The notes under the pieces were generated by a model. It ran no database searches and was not told the DNA's origin. It saw only the letters and a program-made list of their open reading frames with translations. From an uncultured Kiritimatiellaceae bacterium (GTDB lineage: Bacteria; Verrucomicrobiota; Kiritimatiellia; Kiritimatiellales; Pontiellaceae): a DNA stretch of 64,000 bases. A program made the translations under genes and the position numbers. Below are positions 39,430 through 49,977 of this stretch, piece by piece (position 1 is the first letter of the stretch; every line of letters begins with the position of its first letter). The stretch lies in NCBI GenBank assembly GCA_964014015.1, contig CAXGYR010000001.1, forward strand, positions 1,260 to 65,259. Reading direction: 5' to 3'.

Positions 39430-41187
39430 TTAAATTCGTTCACGTGTCTCAATGCCAAGTAGTTGTAATCCAAATTTAAGGATAGATGCTGTTAACCTAC
39501 ACAATCGGATTCTGGATTCACGCACACCTTCATCAGCTTTCAAAAACGGAACATTTTGATAGAACGAACTATATAGCTGTGAGAGTTCGTATAGATAATC
39601 AGCAAGGATGTTAGGTTTGTAATTCTTAGCTGCCTCATGAACTGCCACACCAAACCGACTTAATTTAATAGCTATTCTGCGTTCGATACTCTCATGTAAA
39701 AGAAATGGCGTATCATCAATCAGTTTATCACCGTACGTTTCTTGATATTTATCAACAACAGAAGCAATTCTGGCATAGGCATACTGTAAATAAGGCGCAG
39801 AATTACCCTGCATGTTTAAGGCTTTCTCCCATGTAAATGTTACCAAGCTTTGCGGATTCTGAGAAAGATCCATGTATTTCACAGCGCCAATGCCAATTGC
39901 TTTCGCTAAATCTCTCTGCTCGGCTTCAGGTATATCAGGATTATGTTCTTTAACCATAGTGAATGCACGCGACTCAGCTTCATCAAGCAAAGCTGATAGC
40001 TTAATAACGTTACCTTCACGGGTTGAAAATGTGGCGTCTGGTAGCCGCATAAGACCAAACCAGACATGCACCAGGTTAGCTTTTAAAGCTAGTTTCTTAG
40101 AAATAGTAAAAAACTGTCTAAAATGAAGCTGTTGCCGCTCATCGGTAACATAGATTATTCGTTCCGGATCGAACTCTTCTTGACGGGCTTGGACGGTCGC
40201 TAAGTCAGTTGTTGCGTAGTTATATCCACCATCACTTTTTTTCACGATGCAGATCGGCAACTTATCTTCTTCCAGATCGACTATTAGCGCACCTTCGCTT
40301 TCTTTGGCCAGCCCAGCCTGCTCCAATTGATTAATCATTCCCGGCAGACGGTTATTATAAAAACTCTCGCCTCGATACAAATCAAACGAAACACCTAGTC
40401 GTGTGTAGATAGTATTAAATTCTTCGAGTGACAGTTCAATAAAACGCTCCCAAAGAGCTCTACATTCCTCGTCACCCTGCTGTAACTTAACCAGTTCTGC
40501 TTTAGCTTTTTCTCGCCATTCGGGATCTTCTTTTGATCGGTTATAACTCGCGACATAAATCCGCTCCAACTCATCCACAGGCGCGCGTTCCAATGCTGCT
40601 TCATCCACAAAAGCATTATAACCAACTAGCATCAGGCCAAACTGAGTCCCCCAGTCGCCTAAATGATTATCTGCAATAACCCGATAGCCTAAACTACGAT
40701 AAAGCCGGTCAAGAGCATTACCGATGACGGTGGACCGGATATGCCCAATGTGCATAGGCTTTGCAACATTGGGACTAGAATAGTCGATAATCACGGTTTT
40801 ACCACTACCCGACTGCTCGATACCCAAGCATGGATCCTGCTCAATCTGTTCTAACTGGTTTGAAATTGCCTCGTTCTTAAGAAACAGATTGATAAAACCG
40901 GGACCGGCAATTTCTGCTCGTTCAACAAAATCAGGCAACGATACTTCATCAAGAAAAATAGATGCGATGTCACGCGGTGATTTTTTCAACAACTTACTCA
41001 AGCTCATAGCTGCGTTGCATTGATAGTCACCAAAAGAGTCATTGTTGGTAGCAGAAATGTGTCCTTGGACATCCGCTATAGAAAACACTTTTGAGAACCC
41101 CTTGCTCGCCCACTCTTCTAGGCGTAATTGAAAACGACGATCCTTCATCGAAGTCCTGCATATATCATTGCTATCATTGAAATTCAC
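39430..41187 (-). CDS. argS: Arginine--tRNA ligase (start GTG 41187 or ATG 41148)
   Basis: FGDYQ.N, AGPGFIN, DYSSPNVAKPMHIGH, GDWGTQFG, YLQYAYAR. Confidence 0.96.
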   Translation of the reverse strand: MNFNDSNDICRTSMKDRRFQLRLEEWASKGFSKVFSIADVQGHISATNNDSFGDYQCNAAMSLSKLLKKSPRDIASIFLDEVSLPDFVERAEIAGPGFINLFLKNEAISNQLEQIEQDPCLGIEQSGSGKTVIIDYSSPNVAKPMHIGHIRSTVIGNALDRLYRSLGYRVIADNHLGDWGTQFGLMLVGYNAFVDEAALERAPVDELERIYVASYNRSKEDPEWREKAKAELVKLQQGDEECRALWERFIELSLEEFNTIYTRLGVSFDLYRGESFYNNRLPGMINQLEQAGLAKESEGALIVDLEEDKLPICIVKKSDGGYNYATTDLATVQARQEEFDPERIIYVTDERQQLHFRQFFTISKKLALKANLVHVWFGLMRLPDATFSTREGNVIKLSALLDEAESRAFTMVKEHNPDIPEAEQRDLAKAIGIGAVKYMDLSQNPQSLVTFTWEKALNMQGNSAPYLQYAYARIASVVDKYQETYGDKLIDDTPFLLHESIERRIAIKLSRFGVAVHEAAKNYKPNILADYLYELSQLYSSFYQNVPFLKADEGVRESRIRLCRLTASILKFGLQLLGIETRERI

Positions 41188-43707
41188 TTACTCGCTGTCT
41201 TCTTTTTGAGTCGACTGTTTTCTTTTAGCTGCTGCGGATTGGTGAAATGTCAATTTGGTTTTATTGGCTCTTACTGATACTACCGAGTCATTTTGAACGG
41301 CACCTCGTAAAATTTCTTCTGCCAAAGGATCTTCGAGATAACGCTCCACAGTTCTTCTCAACTGACGAGCACCATAGGCTTTGTCATAACCCTTATTCAA
41401 AAGGAATTCTCGCGCTGACTTTGTTATCTTCAATTCGATATTTCGTCCCAGGACTCGATTCTGAATATTAGATAGTTCCAGATTAATGATGGTTTCCAAA
41501 TCCTCACGGCCTAATTCTCTGAATACGATCATATTGTCTAACCGGTTGAGTAATTCAGGTTTAAAAGTTCGCTTGGCGATCGAAATCATCATCTCCTTCA
41601 GCTTAGCAAACTCAACGTCTGCATCAGAGGGTGCAAAACCTAGTGAACCGGCTTTTTTCACCTCTTGAGCGCCTAGGTTGGAAGTCATAATAATGATGGT
41701 ATTCCTGAAATCTACACTCCTGCCAAGACTATCCGTTAAGCGACCCTCCTCCATGATCTGAAGAAGCATGTTCATCACATCAGGATGTGCCTTTTCAACC
41801 TCATCAAAAAGAACTACAGAGTATGGACGCCGACGAACTCGCTCGGTTAACTGCCCACCCTCTTCATGTCCAACATATCCCGGAGGTGATCCGACCAATC
41901 GGGAAGCATTGAACTTCTCCATATACTCAGACATATCGATCTGAATAAATGATTCCGGATCATCAAACATAAAGTTAGCCAATGTTTTGGCCAGTAATGT
42001 CTTACCTACACCGGTAGGCCCCAGAAAGATGAATGAACCAATCGGTCGTTTTGGATCTTTTAAGTCTGCACGAGAACGTCGTAAGGCTCGTGCTAATGCA
42101 GAAACAGCCTCCTGCTGCCCTACCACCTGCTCGCCTACTACATCTTCAATGCGCAGGAGCCGCGCCATCTCCTTCTCACCCATTTTCATCACAGGAATGC
42201 CGGTCCACTTTGATACCACTTCCATAATATCATCATCGTCTACTACTGACCGATTTTCATCCTGCTCTTTTCTCCAGTTCTCCAGCAGACTCTCTAGCTT
42301 CTCACGCGATTGGCGCTCTTTATCTCGAAAGTTTGCCGCATCCTCAAACTTCTGATCCTGAATGGCTTCATTCTTCAGGTGTTCAAATTCGCTCGCAGAC
42401 TCTTCAAGCTGCTTAAATTCAAGCGGTCTTTTCATGCTTCCAATGCGTGCTCTGGCACCAGCTTCGTCAATCAAATCAATCGCCTTATCGGGGAGAAAAC
42501 GATCGGGCAAATAGCGCACGGAACAATCCACAGCTGCCTGCAGCGCATCATCCGTGAATATCGCATGATGATGCTCTTCATATTTTTTCCGCAAACCCTT
42601 CATAATCTCTACCGCTACTTCAACCGTAGGTTCATTCACGGTCACGGTTTGAAAACGGCGTTCCAGCGCAGCGTCTTTCTCGATATGTTTTCGATATTCT
42701 TTCAAGGTTGTAGCTCCAATACATTGAAGCTCACCCCGTGAAAGAGCAGGCTTTATAATATTGGCGGCATCCATGGTTCCTTCGGCAGAACCAGCGCCTA
42801 CAATCGTATGTAATTCATCTAAAAATAGAATAATGTTTTTCTCTTTGCGAATTTCATCCATCACCGCTTTGATGCGCTCCTCAAACTGACCACGATACTT
42901 CGTTCCCGCAACCATTAAAGCCAAGTCCAGTGTTATCACCTTCTTATCAATCAGCAAATCCGGCACATCCCCTGATACTATGCACTGCGCAAGCCCCTCC
43001 GCTATTGCAGTTTTGCCTACCCCGGCCTCTCCAAGTAGTACTGGATTGTTCTTGGTACGTCGGCATAGAATCTGAATCACTCGTTCAATCTCAGACGAAC
43101 GCCCAATTACAGGATCTAGTTTTCCAGAGCTGGCAATTTTATTAAGATCGCGTCCAAATGAGTTAAGGGCTGGTGTTTTAGATTTTCCTTTAGTCGGCTG
43201 TGCAGGAGCTTCCCCTCCCGCTAAACTTTCCTCTGGCTCGGATTCAAAATCTTCATCCCCCTCGGTGTCATATTCTGGATCGAGCGTCTTCATAATCTCG
43301 TATCGAATTTCATCAAGATCCACACCTAAATTTTCCAGTACGCGCGCGGCAATTCCCTCCCCTTCCCGCAAAAGGCCCAGCAAAATGTGCTCAGTTCCCA
43401 CGTAACTATGTCCCAAATTACGCGCTTCACTGGCAGACAGTGCCAGCACTTTTTTCGCACGTGGTGTAAACGGAATACTTCCGATTGTCTTGGTTTCAGG
43501 TCCGGTTCCGACCGCCTTTTCAACCTCCATGCGAACCGAATCTAGTTCAATACCGACTGACTGCAACGCATTAACAGCCACACCGTGACCCAACGCGATC
43601 AATCCCAACAGAACGTGCTCTGTTCCCACATATCCATGATTAAAGCGATCAGCCTCTTTACGGGCCAACTGCAATACTTGTTGTGCTCTTGGTGTAAAAT
43701 TGTCCAT
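41188..43707 (-). CDS. clpC: ATP-dependent Clp protease ATPase ClpC
   Basis: Two Clp-N repeats (FTPRA), [11 protein letters not shown]-like M domain, GPTGVGKT; downstream of mcsB. Confidence 0.96.
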   Translation of the reverse strand: MDNFTPRAQQVLQLARKEADRFNHGYVGTEHVLLGLIALGHGVAVNALQSVGIELDSVRMEVEKAVGTGPETKTIGSIPFTPRAKKVLALSASEARNLGHSYVGTEHILLGLLREGEGIAARVLENLGVDLDEIRYEIMKTLDPEYDTEGDEDFESEPEESLAGGEAPAQPTKGKSKTPALNSFGRDLNKIASSGKLDPVIGRSSEIERVIQILCRRTKNNPVLLGEAGVGKTAIAEGLAQCIVSGDVPDLLIDKKVITLDLALMVAGTKYRGQFEERIKAVMDEIRKEKNIILFLDELHTIVGAGSAEGTMDAANIIKPALSRGELQCIGATTLKEYRKHIEKDAALERRFQTVTVNEPTVEVAVEIMKGLRKKYEEHHHAIFTDDALQAAVDCSVRYLPDRFLPDKAIDLIDEAGARARIGSMKRPLEFKQLEESASEFEHLKNEAIQDQKFEDAANFRDKERQSREKLESLLENWRKEQDENRSVVDDDDIMEVVSKWTGIPVMKMGEKEMARLLRIEDVVGEQVVGQQEAVSALARALRRSRADLKDPKRPIGSFIFLGPTGVGKTLLAKTLANFMFDDPESFIQIDMSEYMEKFNASRLVGSPPGYVGHEEGGQLTERVRRRPYSVVLFDEVEKAHPDVMNMLLQIMEEGRLTDSLGRSVDFRNTIIIMTSNLGAQEVKKAGSLGFAPSDADVEFAKLKEMMISIAKRTFKPELLNRLDNMIVFRELGREDLETIINLELSNIQNRVLGRNIELKITKSAREFLLNKGYDKAYGARQLRRTVERYLEDPLAEEILRGAVQNDSVVSVRANKTKLTFHQSAAAKRKQSTQKEDSE

Positions 43708-43708
43708 A

Positions 43709-44785
43709 TTACTCCTGTTCGATATTGAGCGTTGCATGTTTCATAAACTTTCTCAACATTTGTGCGCGTACAATGTCTCGCTCGTTGGGAGCCAGCTCAC
43801 GTTGCTGAATTTTCTGCAGATGTGCCGGTTGCGTTGAAATATACAACTGATCCATCTCCTCCCTGCTAAAACCGCTCACCATTCCGAGATCCAATCCCAG
43901 CCGAAGCGTCGAGAGTAGATTAAGCGCTTCAGCACTCGCCATCAATTTTGCGTGAGCCAACAGCCCAAAAGAGCGAGCAATATGATCTTTCACCATAATT
44001 GAATTTTCATGAAGCAATCGCTGCCTCGCATTCAGTTCATGTTCAACTAACTCCAACACAATCTGTTCTAAATGGTTCACAATCTGCTCTTCACCTTTGC
44101 CGAGTGTGATCTGATTTGAAACTTGGAACATATTTCCAACGGCCTCTGAACCCTCACCCCACATACCTCGAACTGCCAATCCAATTTTAGATATTCCATT
44201 CACAACTGGATCCATCTCCTCCAGCAAAACCAGCCCAGGCAAATGTAGCATTACAGATGCACGCAATCCCGTTCCCACATTAGATGGGCAGGATGTCAGA
44301 AATCCAAGTCGCGCGTTATATGCATATAGCAACTCTCTTTCGAGATCATCATCAATCCGACTCGCCGCTTCCCACGCTTGCTTTAACTGCAACCCCGGCT
44401 TCAACGTCTGAATCCGAACATGATCCTCCTCGTTAATCATGACGGCCATCATCTCATCGGGTGAAACAAAAACACCATTATCAGCATCTTTATTCGCCAA
44501 TTCCTGACTGATTAAATGCCGCTCGAACAGCAGTTCTCGATCGGTCTCTGGCAGTGACTCCATCTTCCAACACATAAAGGGCTCATCCATCTGCGAAAAA
44601 AGATCAAACGTCTGTTTCCAAATCGCATGCTTCTGCTCTTGAGAAGCCCATCCCGGAAAATGATACTCTTCCAGATTTCGAGCTAACCGAATACGACTGC
44701 TGATCACAGGACCCTCATCAACACCCGACTCCAGCCAGCTTCCATGGCGTTGAACTAATTCATGAAGCGTTGTCGGCTGAATCAT
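43709..44785 (-). CDS. mcsB: Protein arginine kinase McsB
   Basis: ISSRIRLARN, INEEDH, LTSCPSNVGTGLRAS, QVSNQITLG. Confidence 0.95.
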   Translation of the reverse strand: MIQPTTLHELVQRHGSWLESGVDEGPVISSRIRLARNLEEYHFPGWASQEQKHAIWKQTFDLFSQMDEPFMCWKMESLPETDRELLFERHLISQELANKDADNGVFVSPDEMMAVMINEEDHVRIQTLKPGLQLKQAWEAASRIDDDLERELLYAYNARLGFLTSCPSNVGTGLRASVMLHLPGLVLLEEMDPVVNGISKIGLAVRGMWGEGSEAVGNMFQVSNQITLGKGEEQIVNHLEQIVLELVEHELNARQRLLHENSIMVKDHIARSFGLLAHAKLMASAEALNLLSTLRLGLDLGMVSGFSREEMDQLYISTQPAHLQKIQQRELAPNERDIVRAQMLRKFMKHATLNIEQE

Positions 44786-45296
44786 CCTGTTTCTCCCGTA
44801 AGCTAGCTTTCAGTTGCCTCATCTCATCTCGCAAAGCAGCTGCCTTCTCATACTCTTCTTTATTAACGGCCTGATCAATTTCACGCTTCAAGGTTGCAAT
44901 CTGAGAAGAAACTTTTACTTCTTTCCCCTGCCTTGCCGGAATTTTTCCCACATGCTGCCGGCTATGATGCATCGCTTGCGTAATGGTGTTAAGCTCAGCA
45001 AGAAATGCCTGGTAACATTCCGGGCAACCCAATCGAGCCTGTTTTTTAAACTCGGCACGTGTCATCTGGCAACGACTACATGCTAAATCATACTCACCTG
45101 CCGCAGCACTTCCGGCTCCGCGTTTCCACTGTTTATCAATTCCCATTAAAACATCCGTAATCGAGATGGGTGAATTCAGATCTATTCCATTTATCTCAGC
45201 ACAGACTTGGCAGATATTGAGCTTTTTAATACTGCCGTTAACCACTTGTGTTAAATGGATCGTCGCATCTTTATCGTTACAAAATTCGCATTTCAT
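44760..45296 (-). CDS. mcsA: McsA protein arginine kinase activator
   Basis: Four CxxC motifs, RLGCPECY, H.GKIP, UVR domain EEYEKAA.LRD. Confidence 0.93.
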   Translation of the reverse strand: MKCEFCNDKDATIHLTQVVNGSIKKLNICQVCAEINGIDLNSPISITDVLMGIDKQWKRGAGSAAAGEYDLACSRCQMTRAEFKKQARLGCPECYQAFLAELNTITQAMHHSRQHVGKIPARQGKEVKVSSQIATLKREIDQAVNKEEYEKAAALRDEMRQLKASLREKQDDSADNAS

Positions 45297-45332
45297 ATAA
45301 ACATCTCGGTCTGATTGTTAATTGACTGGATA

Positions 45333-45348
45333 AGCAAAACATATGCCA
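45333..45348 (-). promoter_or_regulatory. Putative sigma54 (-24/-12) promoter of mcsA-mcsB-clpC
   Basis: Minus strand TGGCATATGTTTTGCT: GG-N10-GC with the exact consensus spacing, about 37 nt upstream of mcsA ATG. Confidence 0.65.
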
Positions 45349-45483
45349 GATAAGCCGTTAATACAAAAAACCGAAAATTGCTCGTCATAGCAATCTCATA
45401 GCACCCTACACTATCAAAATAAGTATGACAGAATGACGCTTTTGTGACGCTATTGCGCGAGCTTCGCGTTAACAAAAAACCGC

Positions 45484-46350
45484 TTACAGCTGATGTCCAT
45501 TCGATTCAGCATAGACCGAATACAGATCCGCCAGTTTCCCCGTAATAACACCAGGAGTGCCACTTCCGATCTTACGCTTATCAATTTCAACAACTGAAAT
45601 GATCTCTGCCGCCGTTCCTGTTAGAAAAACCTCATCTGCGACATACAAATCGTACCGCGCCATAACCCGCTCCTGCACCACAAAACCAGCTTCAGCTGCC
45701 AATTCGATCACTTTATTGCGCGTTAATCCCTCTAATGCGCCACAGCTACTTGGCGGAGTTATAATCGTTCCATTTCTCACCGCAAAAACATTATCACCCG
45801 ATGCCTCAGCCACTTCACCTTTATGATTTAACATCAGGCACTCCATGCAACCTGCATTAATAGCCTCAATTTTTGCCAACACGTTATTGAGGTAGTTTAG
45901 ACTTTTAATACGCGGATTAATGGCTTCCGGATGATTTCGGATCGTTCCAACCGTTACAATTTTCAACCCGTTTTCGTACAGCTCTCGAGGATACAACTGA
46001 ATTTTTGCCGCAATAATGATCACTTCTGGATCCGCACAAAGGTACGGATTCAAGCCCAAAGACCCCTTACCACGCGTCACAACCAATCGAATATAGCCCT
46101 CTGCTAACTGGTTGGCACGGCATGTTTCCGCAACGGCCTCCACCATCTCACTCTTGCTCATGGGGATTTCCAAAGCAATCGCTTTTGCGGAATCGTATAA
46201 ACGATCAATGTGTTCTTCTAAGAGAAAAACACGGCTATTGTAGATACGAATTCCCTCAAATACGCCATCTCCGTATAAGAGCCCGTGGTCAAACACCGAA
46301 ATAACCGCATCCTCTTCTTCTACCCACTTGCCACTAATATACACTTTCAT
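45484..46350 (-). CDS. ilvE: Branched-chain amino acid aminotransferase (start MKVYISG)
   Basis: FDHGLLYGDGVFEG, YIRLVVTRG, KSLNYLNN, ADEVFLTGT. Confidence 0.93.
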   Translation of the reverse strand: MKVYISGKWVEEEDAVISVFDHGLLYGDGVFEGIRIYNSRVFLLEEHIDRLYDSAKAIALEIPMSKSEMVEAVAETCRANQLAEGYIRLVVTRGKGSLGLNPYLCADPEVIIIAAKIQLYPRELYENGLKIVTVGTIRNHPEAINPRIKSLNYLNNVLAKIEAINAGCMECLMLNHKGEVAEASGDNVFAVRNGTIITPPSSCGALEGLTRNKVIELAAEAGFVVQERVMARYDLYVADEVFLTGTAAEIISVVEIDKRKIGSGTPGVITGKLADLYSVYAESNGHQL

Positions 46351-46355
46351 ATTAC

Positions 46356-47039
46356 TCAACGTACCTCTTTGAGAACTCTCTGCTCCAACATCCACTTTTT
46401 ATCACAGCGACCCGCTACGGATGGACTGTGCGTAACCATCACCAGACTATGCCCTCTTCCTTCAATCAGTTGAAATAAATAATGCAGGACTTTGTCGCCA
46501 GTATCCCGGTCTAAATTTCCAGTCGGCTCATCTGCCAAAATAATGGCGGGATGATTAATCAAGGCGCGCGCTACCGCAGCACGCTGCTGTTCACCGCCTG
46601 AGAGTTCCTGCGGACGGTGTTGCAGCCGATCTTCCAGCCCCACCGCCGCTAGCAGTTCTTTAGCCTGCTTCACCGAATGACTACTCCCTCCTGACGCCTG
46701 AGCGGGTAAAGCAACATTCTCCAAAATAGTTAGCTCGCTCAACAGATGATAGCCCTGAAAAATAAAACCAATTTGCTGATGTCGATAGCGGCATCGCCAG
46801 CGATGGCTCGACTCGTACAGAGAAGTCCCTTTAAAAAAAATAGAACCCGAATCAGGCGTATCAAGCCCGCCAAGCATATGCAATAATGTACTTTTTCCAG
46901 ATCCGCTTGCCCCCATTACCGCAACCTTTTCACCCGCTTGGATCGCAAACGAAAGCCCGTTAAACAAATCGATGTTTGCATGTGCGGTGCAGTATGTCCG
47001 CTTCACCTCAGACGCCTGTAATAACGGAACCGATATCAT
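46356..47039 (-). CDS. ABC transporter ATP-binding protein, LolD-like
   Basis: GASGSGKST, IGFIFQ.YHL, LSGGEQQR, ADEPTGNLD, VTH. Confidence 0.85.
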   Translation of the reverse strand: MISVPLLQASEVKRTYCTAHANIDLFNGLSFAIQAGEKVAVMGASGSGKSTLLHMLGGLDTPDSGSIFFKGTSLYESSHRWRCRYRHQQIGFIFQGYHLLSELTILENVALPAQASGGSSHSVKQAKELLAAVGLEDRLQHRPQELSGGEQQRAAVARALINHPAIILADEPTGNLDRDTGDKVLHYLFQLIEGRGHSLVMVTHSPSVAGRCDKKWMLEQRVLKEVR

Positions 47040-48385
47040 GCCGTCTCTCGTCTCACAACAGTAGCCAGATCGGCTACAAGTTTGTCGATCAATGCTTTGT
47101 CCGCTCCTTCCACCATCACCCGACAGAGCGATTCTGTTCCCGAATACCGAATAAGCACACGCCCCCTATCACCTAATAGCTCCTCAGCTCTCTTCACTTC
47201 ATTCTGCAAGCGCTTTAAGGATGACAACTCGGGTTTCCTCACCACTTCCACATTCAACATAACTTGCGGAAAAATAGAGATGCAATCGGCCAAAACTGAA
47301 AGCGGCCTGTCGCTATCTTTTATAATGCGCAGCAGTTGTAGTGCTGTAATCAATCCATCTCCTGTTGTATGAAAGTCATGAAAAATGACGTGTCCAGAAT
47401 CTTCACCGCCCAGAGTAGCACCGCACTCTATCATCTCTTTCATCACATTCCGGTCACCTACTCCACATATGTTAACACGGATGCCAGCTTCTTGCATGGC
47501 AGCATGTAAGCCAACATTACTCATGACCGTGACTACCAAACTATCCGCAGGCAATTTTCCGCTTTTTTTAAGAGCAAGCGCACAAATAGCCAATACCTGA
47601 TCGCCACGGAGCTCTTTTCCGTGCTCATCAACTGCGATACAGCGATCCCCATCCCCGTCGAACGCGATACCCACATCCGCCTCCATCTCCCGAACGAGCA
47701 CCGCCAAATCTTCCGTGTGCTGAGAACCACAACCAGCGTTTATGTTGATGCCATCTGGGTGATTGTGTATCACATGAACCTCCGCACCTAATGTCCGCAA
47801 CAAGTCAGGGGCACAATCTGACATAGCACCGTTTGATGTATCTAAAGCCACTCTCATCCCCCTGAGGGAAAAATGTTGGGGCAGAGAAGATGCACAAAAC
47901 TGTGAATAAGATTTTCCAAATTGATCATCAGCCTGAACACGACCGATCGCCGATCCACTTGCTAGTGCTTTCCAACTGTCCGGTTCTGCGTAAATTTTTT
48001 CAATTTCAGCCTCTTCCTCATCCGTCAATTTATATCCATCTGATTTAAACAGCTTGATACCGTTATCTGAGAATTGATTATGTGAAGCTGATATCATGAT
48101 CCCTAGATCAGCTCCCGACGCTCGAACCATCAATGCAATCGCAGGAGTCGGCACTATACCCGCAACCCTTACATCGTACCCGACACTTGCAAATCCACCA
48201 GCCAGTGTAGCTTCCATCATTTTTCCGCTCAACCGCGTATCTCGACCAATGACTACCAAACGATCCTTATTCTGCCTATCCAACCATGTTGCAACGGCCC
48301 GTGAAAAACGAAGCAGCTCATTCACTGCCAATACCCCTTCGTTCGCTGCGCCCCGAATACCGTCTGTTCCAAACAGCTTATTCAT
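47036..48385 (-). CDS. glmM: Phosphoglucosamine mutase
   Basis: LFGTDGIRG, ISASHN, FDGDGDR, GGEDSGH, RYSGTE. Confidence 0.95.
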   Translation of the reverse strand: MNKLFGTDGIRGAANEGVLAVNELLRFSRAVATWLDRQNKDRLVVIGRDTRLSGKMMEATLAGGFASVGYDVRVAGIVPTPAIALMVRASGADLGIMISASHNQFSDNGIKLFKSDGYKLTDEEEAEIEKIYAEPDSWKALASGSAIGRVQADDQFGKSYSQFCASSLPQHFSLRGMRVALDTSNGAMSDCAPDLLRTLGAEVHVIHNHPDGININAGCGSQHTEDLAVLVREMEADVGIAFDGDGDRCIAVDEHGKELRGDQVLAICALALKKSGKLPADSLVVTVMSNVGLHAAMQEAGIRVNICGVGDRNVMKEMIECGATLGGEDSGHVIFHDFHTTGDGLITALQLLRIIKDSDRPLSVLADCISIFPQVMLNVEVVRKPELSSLKRLQNEVKRAEELLGDRGRVLIRYSGTESLCRVMVEGADKALIDKLVADLATVVRRETA

Positions 48386-49511
48386 AATGTATCATACTCT
48401 TTTCAATCGATGTAATGATCGAGCGCAACCAAGCTTGTCCCGACTTAACAGCCGGTAGAGGCAATTGTTGAACCGATTCAATATACTCATTTTGACTATC
48501 AAATTGACTCAGCAACTCCGTCGGCGCCTGATGATCTACAACAGCTTGACATGCATCGACTGCCTTCCAATTTGCCACTACATCTGCCTGGAATTTCCGT
48601 TCTTTATCCGGCAAAGCGTTCACATTTCCCATCTGATGGGACTCCGCAACTCGTTTTATCACTTCATTCAATCGATGCAAACGCTCCGCCACCGATGCAC
48701 TCAATAACTCAACAGCCCCCTCGTATACCGCTTGGTCATATGCATCTCGCACACAACGCAAGCGAATCTCACCATACCATTCCCGTAGAGCCATCAACTG
48801 CGCAATGTATCCAATATTACGATCCAAAATGCGTTTCAAGTTCCGATACAGCGGTAATCTCAGCGCTACATTTCTTGTGTTTGTATCAGGTATGATCAAG
48901 CGGTTCGGCTCCAACTGATCATGCCGCAAAATCGAACCTGCTCCCAGAGCAGTACCATAGGCGACCCGCAAAGGTCCAACCGCTCCGCTCTGCCCTCCCA
49001 AGAAAACAGGACGTTCTCGTAAAAAGACACCATGCTCTACGTCACCGAAAAGTGAAGCAGTCGCCTTGTCCTGACTTGGCGTGTAATTAAAATGAACAAA
49101 TGATGAACCGATTTCCGAATGATCTTTCCGACTGGTACCACCCGCGATTAACGCATCACAGAAGTTGATCAAACTGCCTGCGGTGACGAACGGAAACAGA
49201 ATCGTCTGTTTCAAACCTACCGAATGCGCCCCACTCGCCTGTTCCTCTACTAATGTCCCCTCTCGGATGTGAGCCCCGCTGCCCATCGAAGAGCCGTCTA
49301 AAAATACCGCGTTACGATAATAGCCACCCTTCAGCCGAACGCCCCGCCCTACCTGACAGTTTTCTAGCACAACCGGCCCCTCCTCACCTAAAACGGATCC
49401 AGGTGAGATAACGGTGTCGGATCCGCGAATATACGCTGTTGTCGGAACGGATATTTCATTCGCAACACGATCTTGATCGACGTCATCAGTAAAAATCAGC
49501 GAGTCATTCAT
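48378..49511 (-). CDS. GlmU-related left-handed beta-helix protein lacking a uridyltransferase domain
   Basis: Hexapeptide-like repeats (HIREGTLVEE..GAHSVGLKQT, GSLINFCD), overlaps glmM; no N-terminal LAAG.G.RM motif. Confidence 0.6.
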   Translation of the reverse strand: MNDSLIFTDDVDQDRVANEISVPTTAYIRGSDTVISPGSVLGEEGPVVLENCQVGRGVRLKGGYYRNAVFLDGSSMGSGAHIREGTLVEEQASGAHSVGLKQTILFPFVTAGSLINFCDALIAGGTSRKDHSEIGSSFVHFNYTPSQDKATASLFGDVEHGVFLRERPVFLGGQSGAVGPLRVAYGTALGAGSILRHDQLEPNRLIIPDTNTRNVALRLPLYRNLKRILDRNIGYIAQLMALREWYGEIRLRCVRDAYDQAVYEGAVELLSASVAERLHRLNEVIKRVAESHQMGNVNALPDKERKFQADVVANWKAVDACQAVVDHQAPTELLSQFDSQNEYIESVQQLPLPAVKSGQAWLRSIITSIEKSMIHYE

Positions 49512-49563
49512 AGTGGGTAATGTAGCGCATCTAGTAAAAAAACCAACTACACCTGCAGATTAA

Positions 49564-49977
49564 TTAACACTCATCGTCTTCGCAGGGCGCATCAGTTTCG
49601 GAGAAAATATACCCCAATAAAGATTCATAACGCTTATCTTCCCGTAATGAATCAAGATCCGTATCACTCTTCATCCACTCATAATCACGGTATCCGAATT
49701 CAACTGCTTTTGAAAGTGCCTCAAACGCTTCGTCAATCTGTTGCATAAGCGCATGTGAACAGGCTAAATTGTACCAAACAGTTTCATTCCTAGGTTCTAA
49801 TTTTGACAAGCGCTTATCAACTGCTAAGCCTGCTTCAACCAGCTTGTTCTTAGTGTAGAGTTCAGCCAAGGCCTGAAGAATATCCACATCGTTCGGGAGG
49901 CGCTCCGCTAATTTTTGTAATAGCGCCAATTCGATCGCCTCGTCATTCTTTTTTGTGGAGAGATGATTTCGTTGCAT
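49564..49977 (-). CDS. Small TPR protein (start 49977 or 50010)
   Basis: WYNLACS.AL, AFEAL.KA...GY, D.DL..LR. Confidence 0.75.
   Translation of the reverse strand: MQRNHLSTKKNDEAIELALLQKLAERLPNDVDILQALAELYTKNKLVEAGLAVDKRLSKLEPRNETVWYNLACSHALMQQIDEAFEALSKAVEFGYRDYEWMKSDTDLDSLREDKRYESLLGYIFSETDAPCEDDEC

Noticed and set aside
45380-45410. CIRCE or CtsR box upstream of mcsA
   Set aside because: TAGCA units are direct rather than inverted with a 9-nt spacer; GTCA repeats have an 11-bp period and lack GGTCAAA
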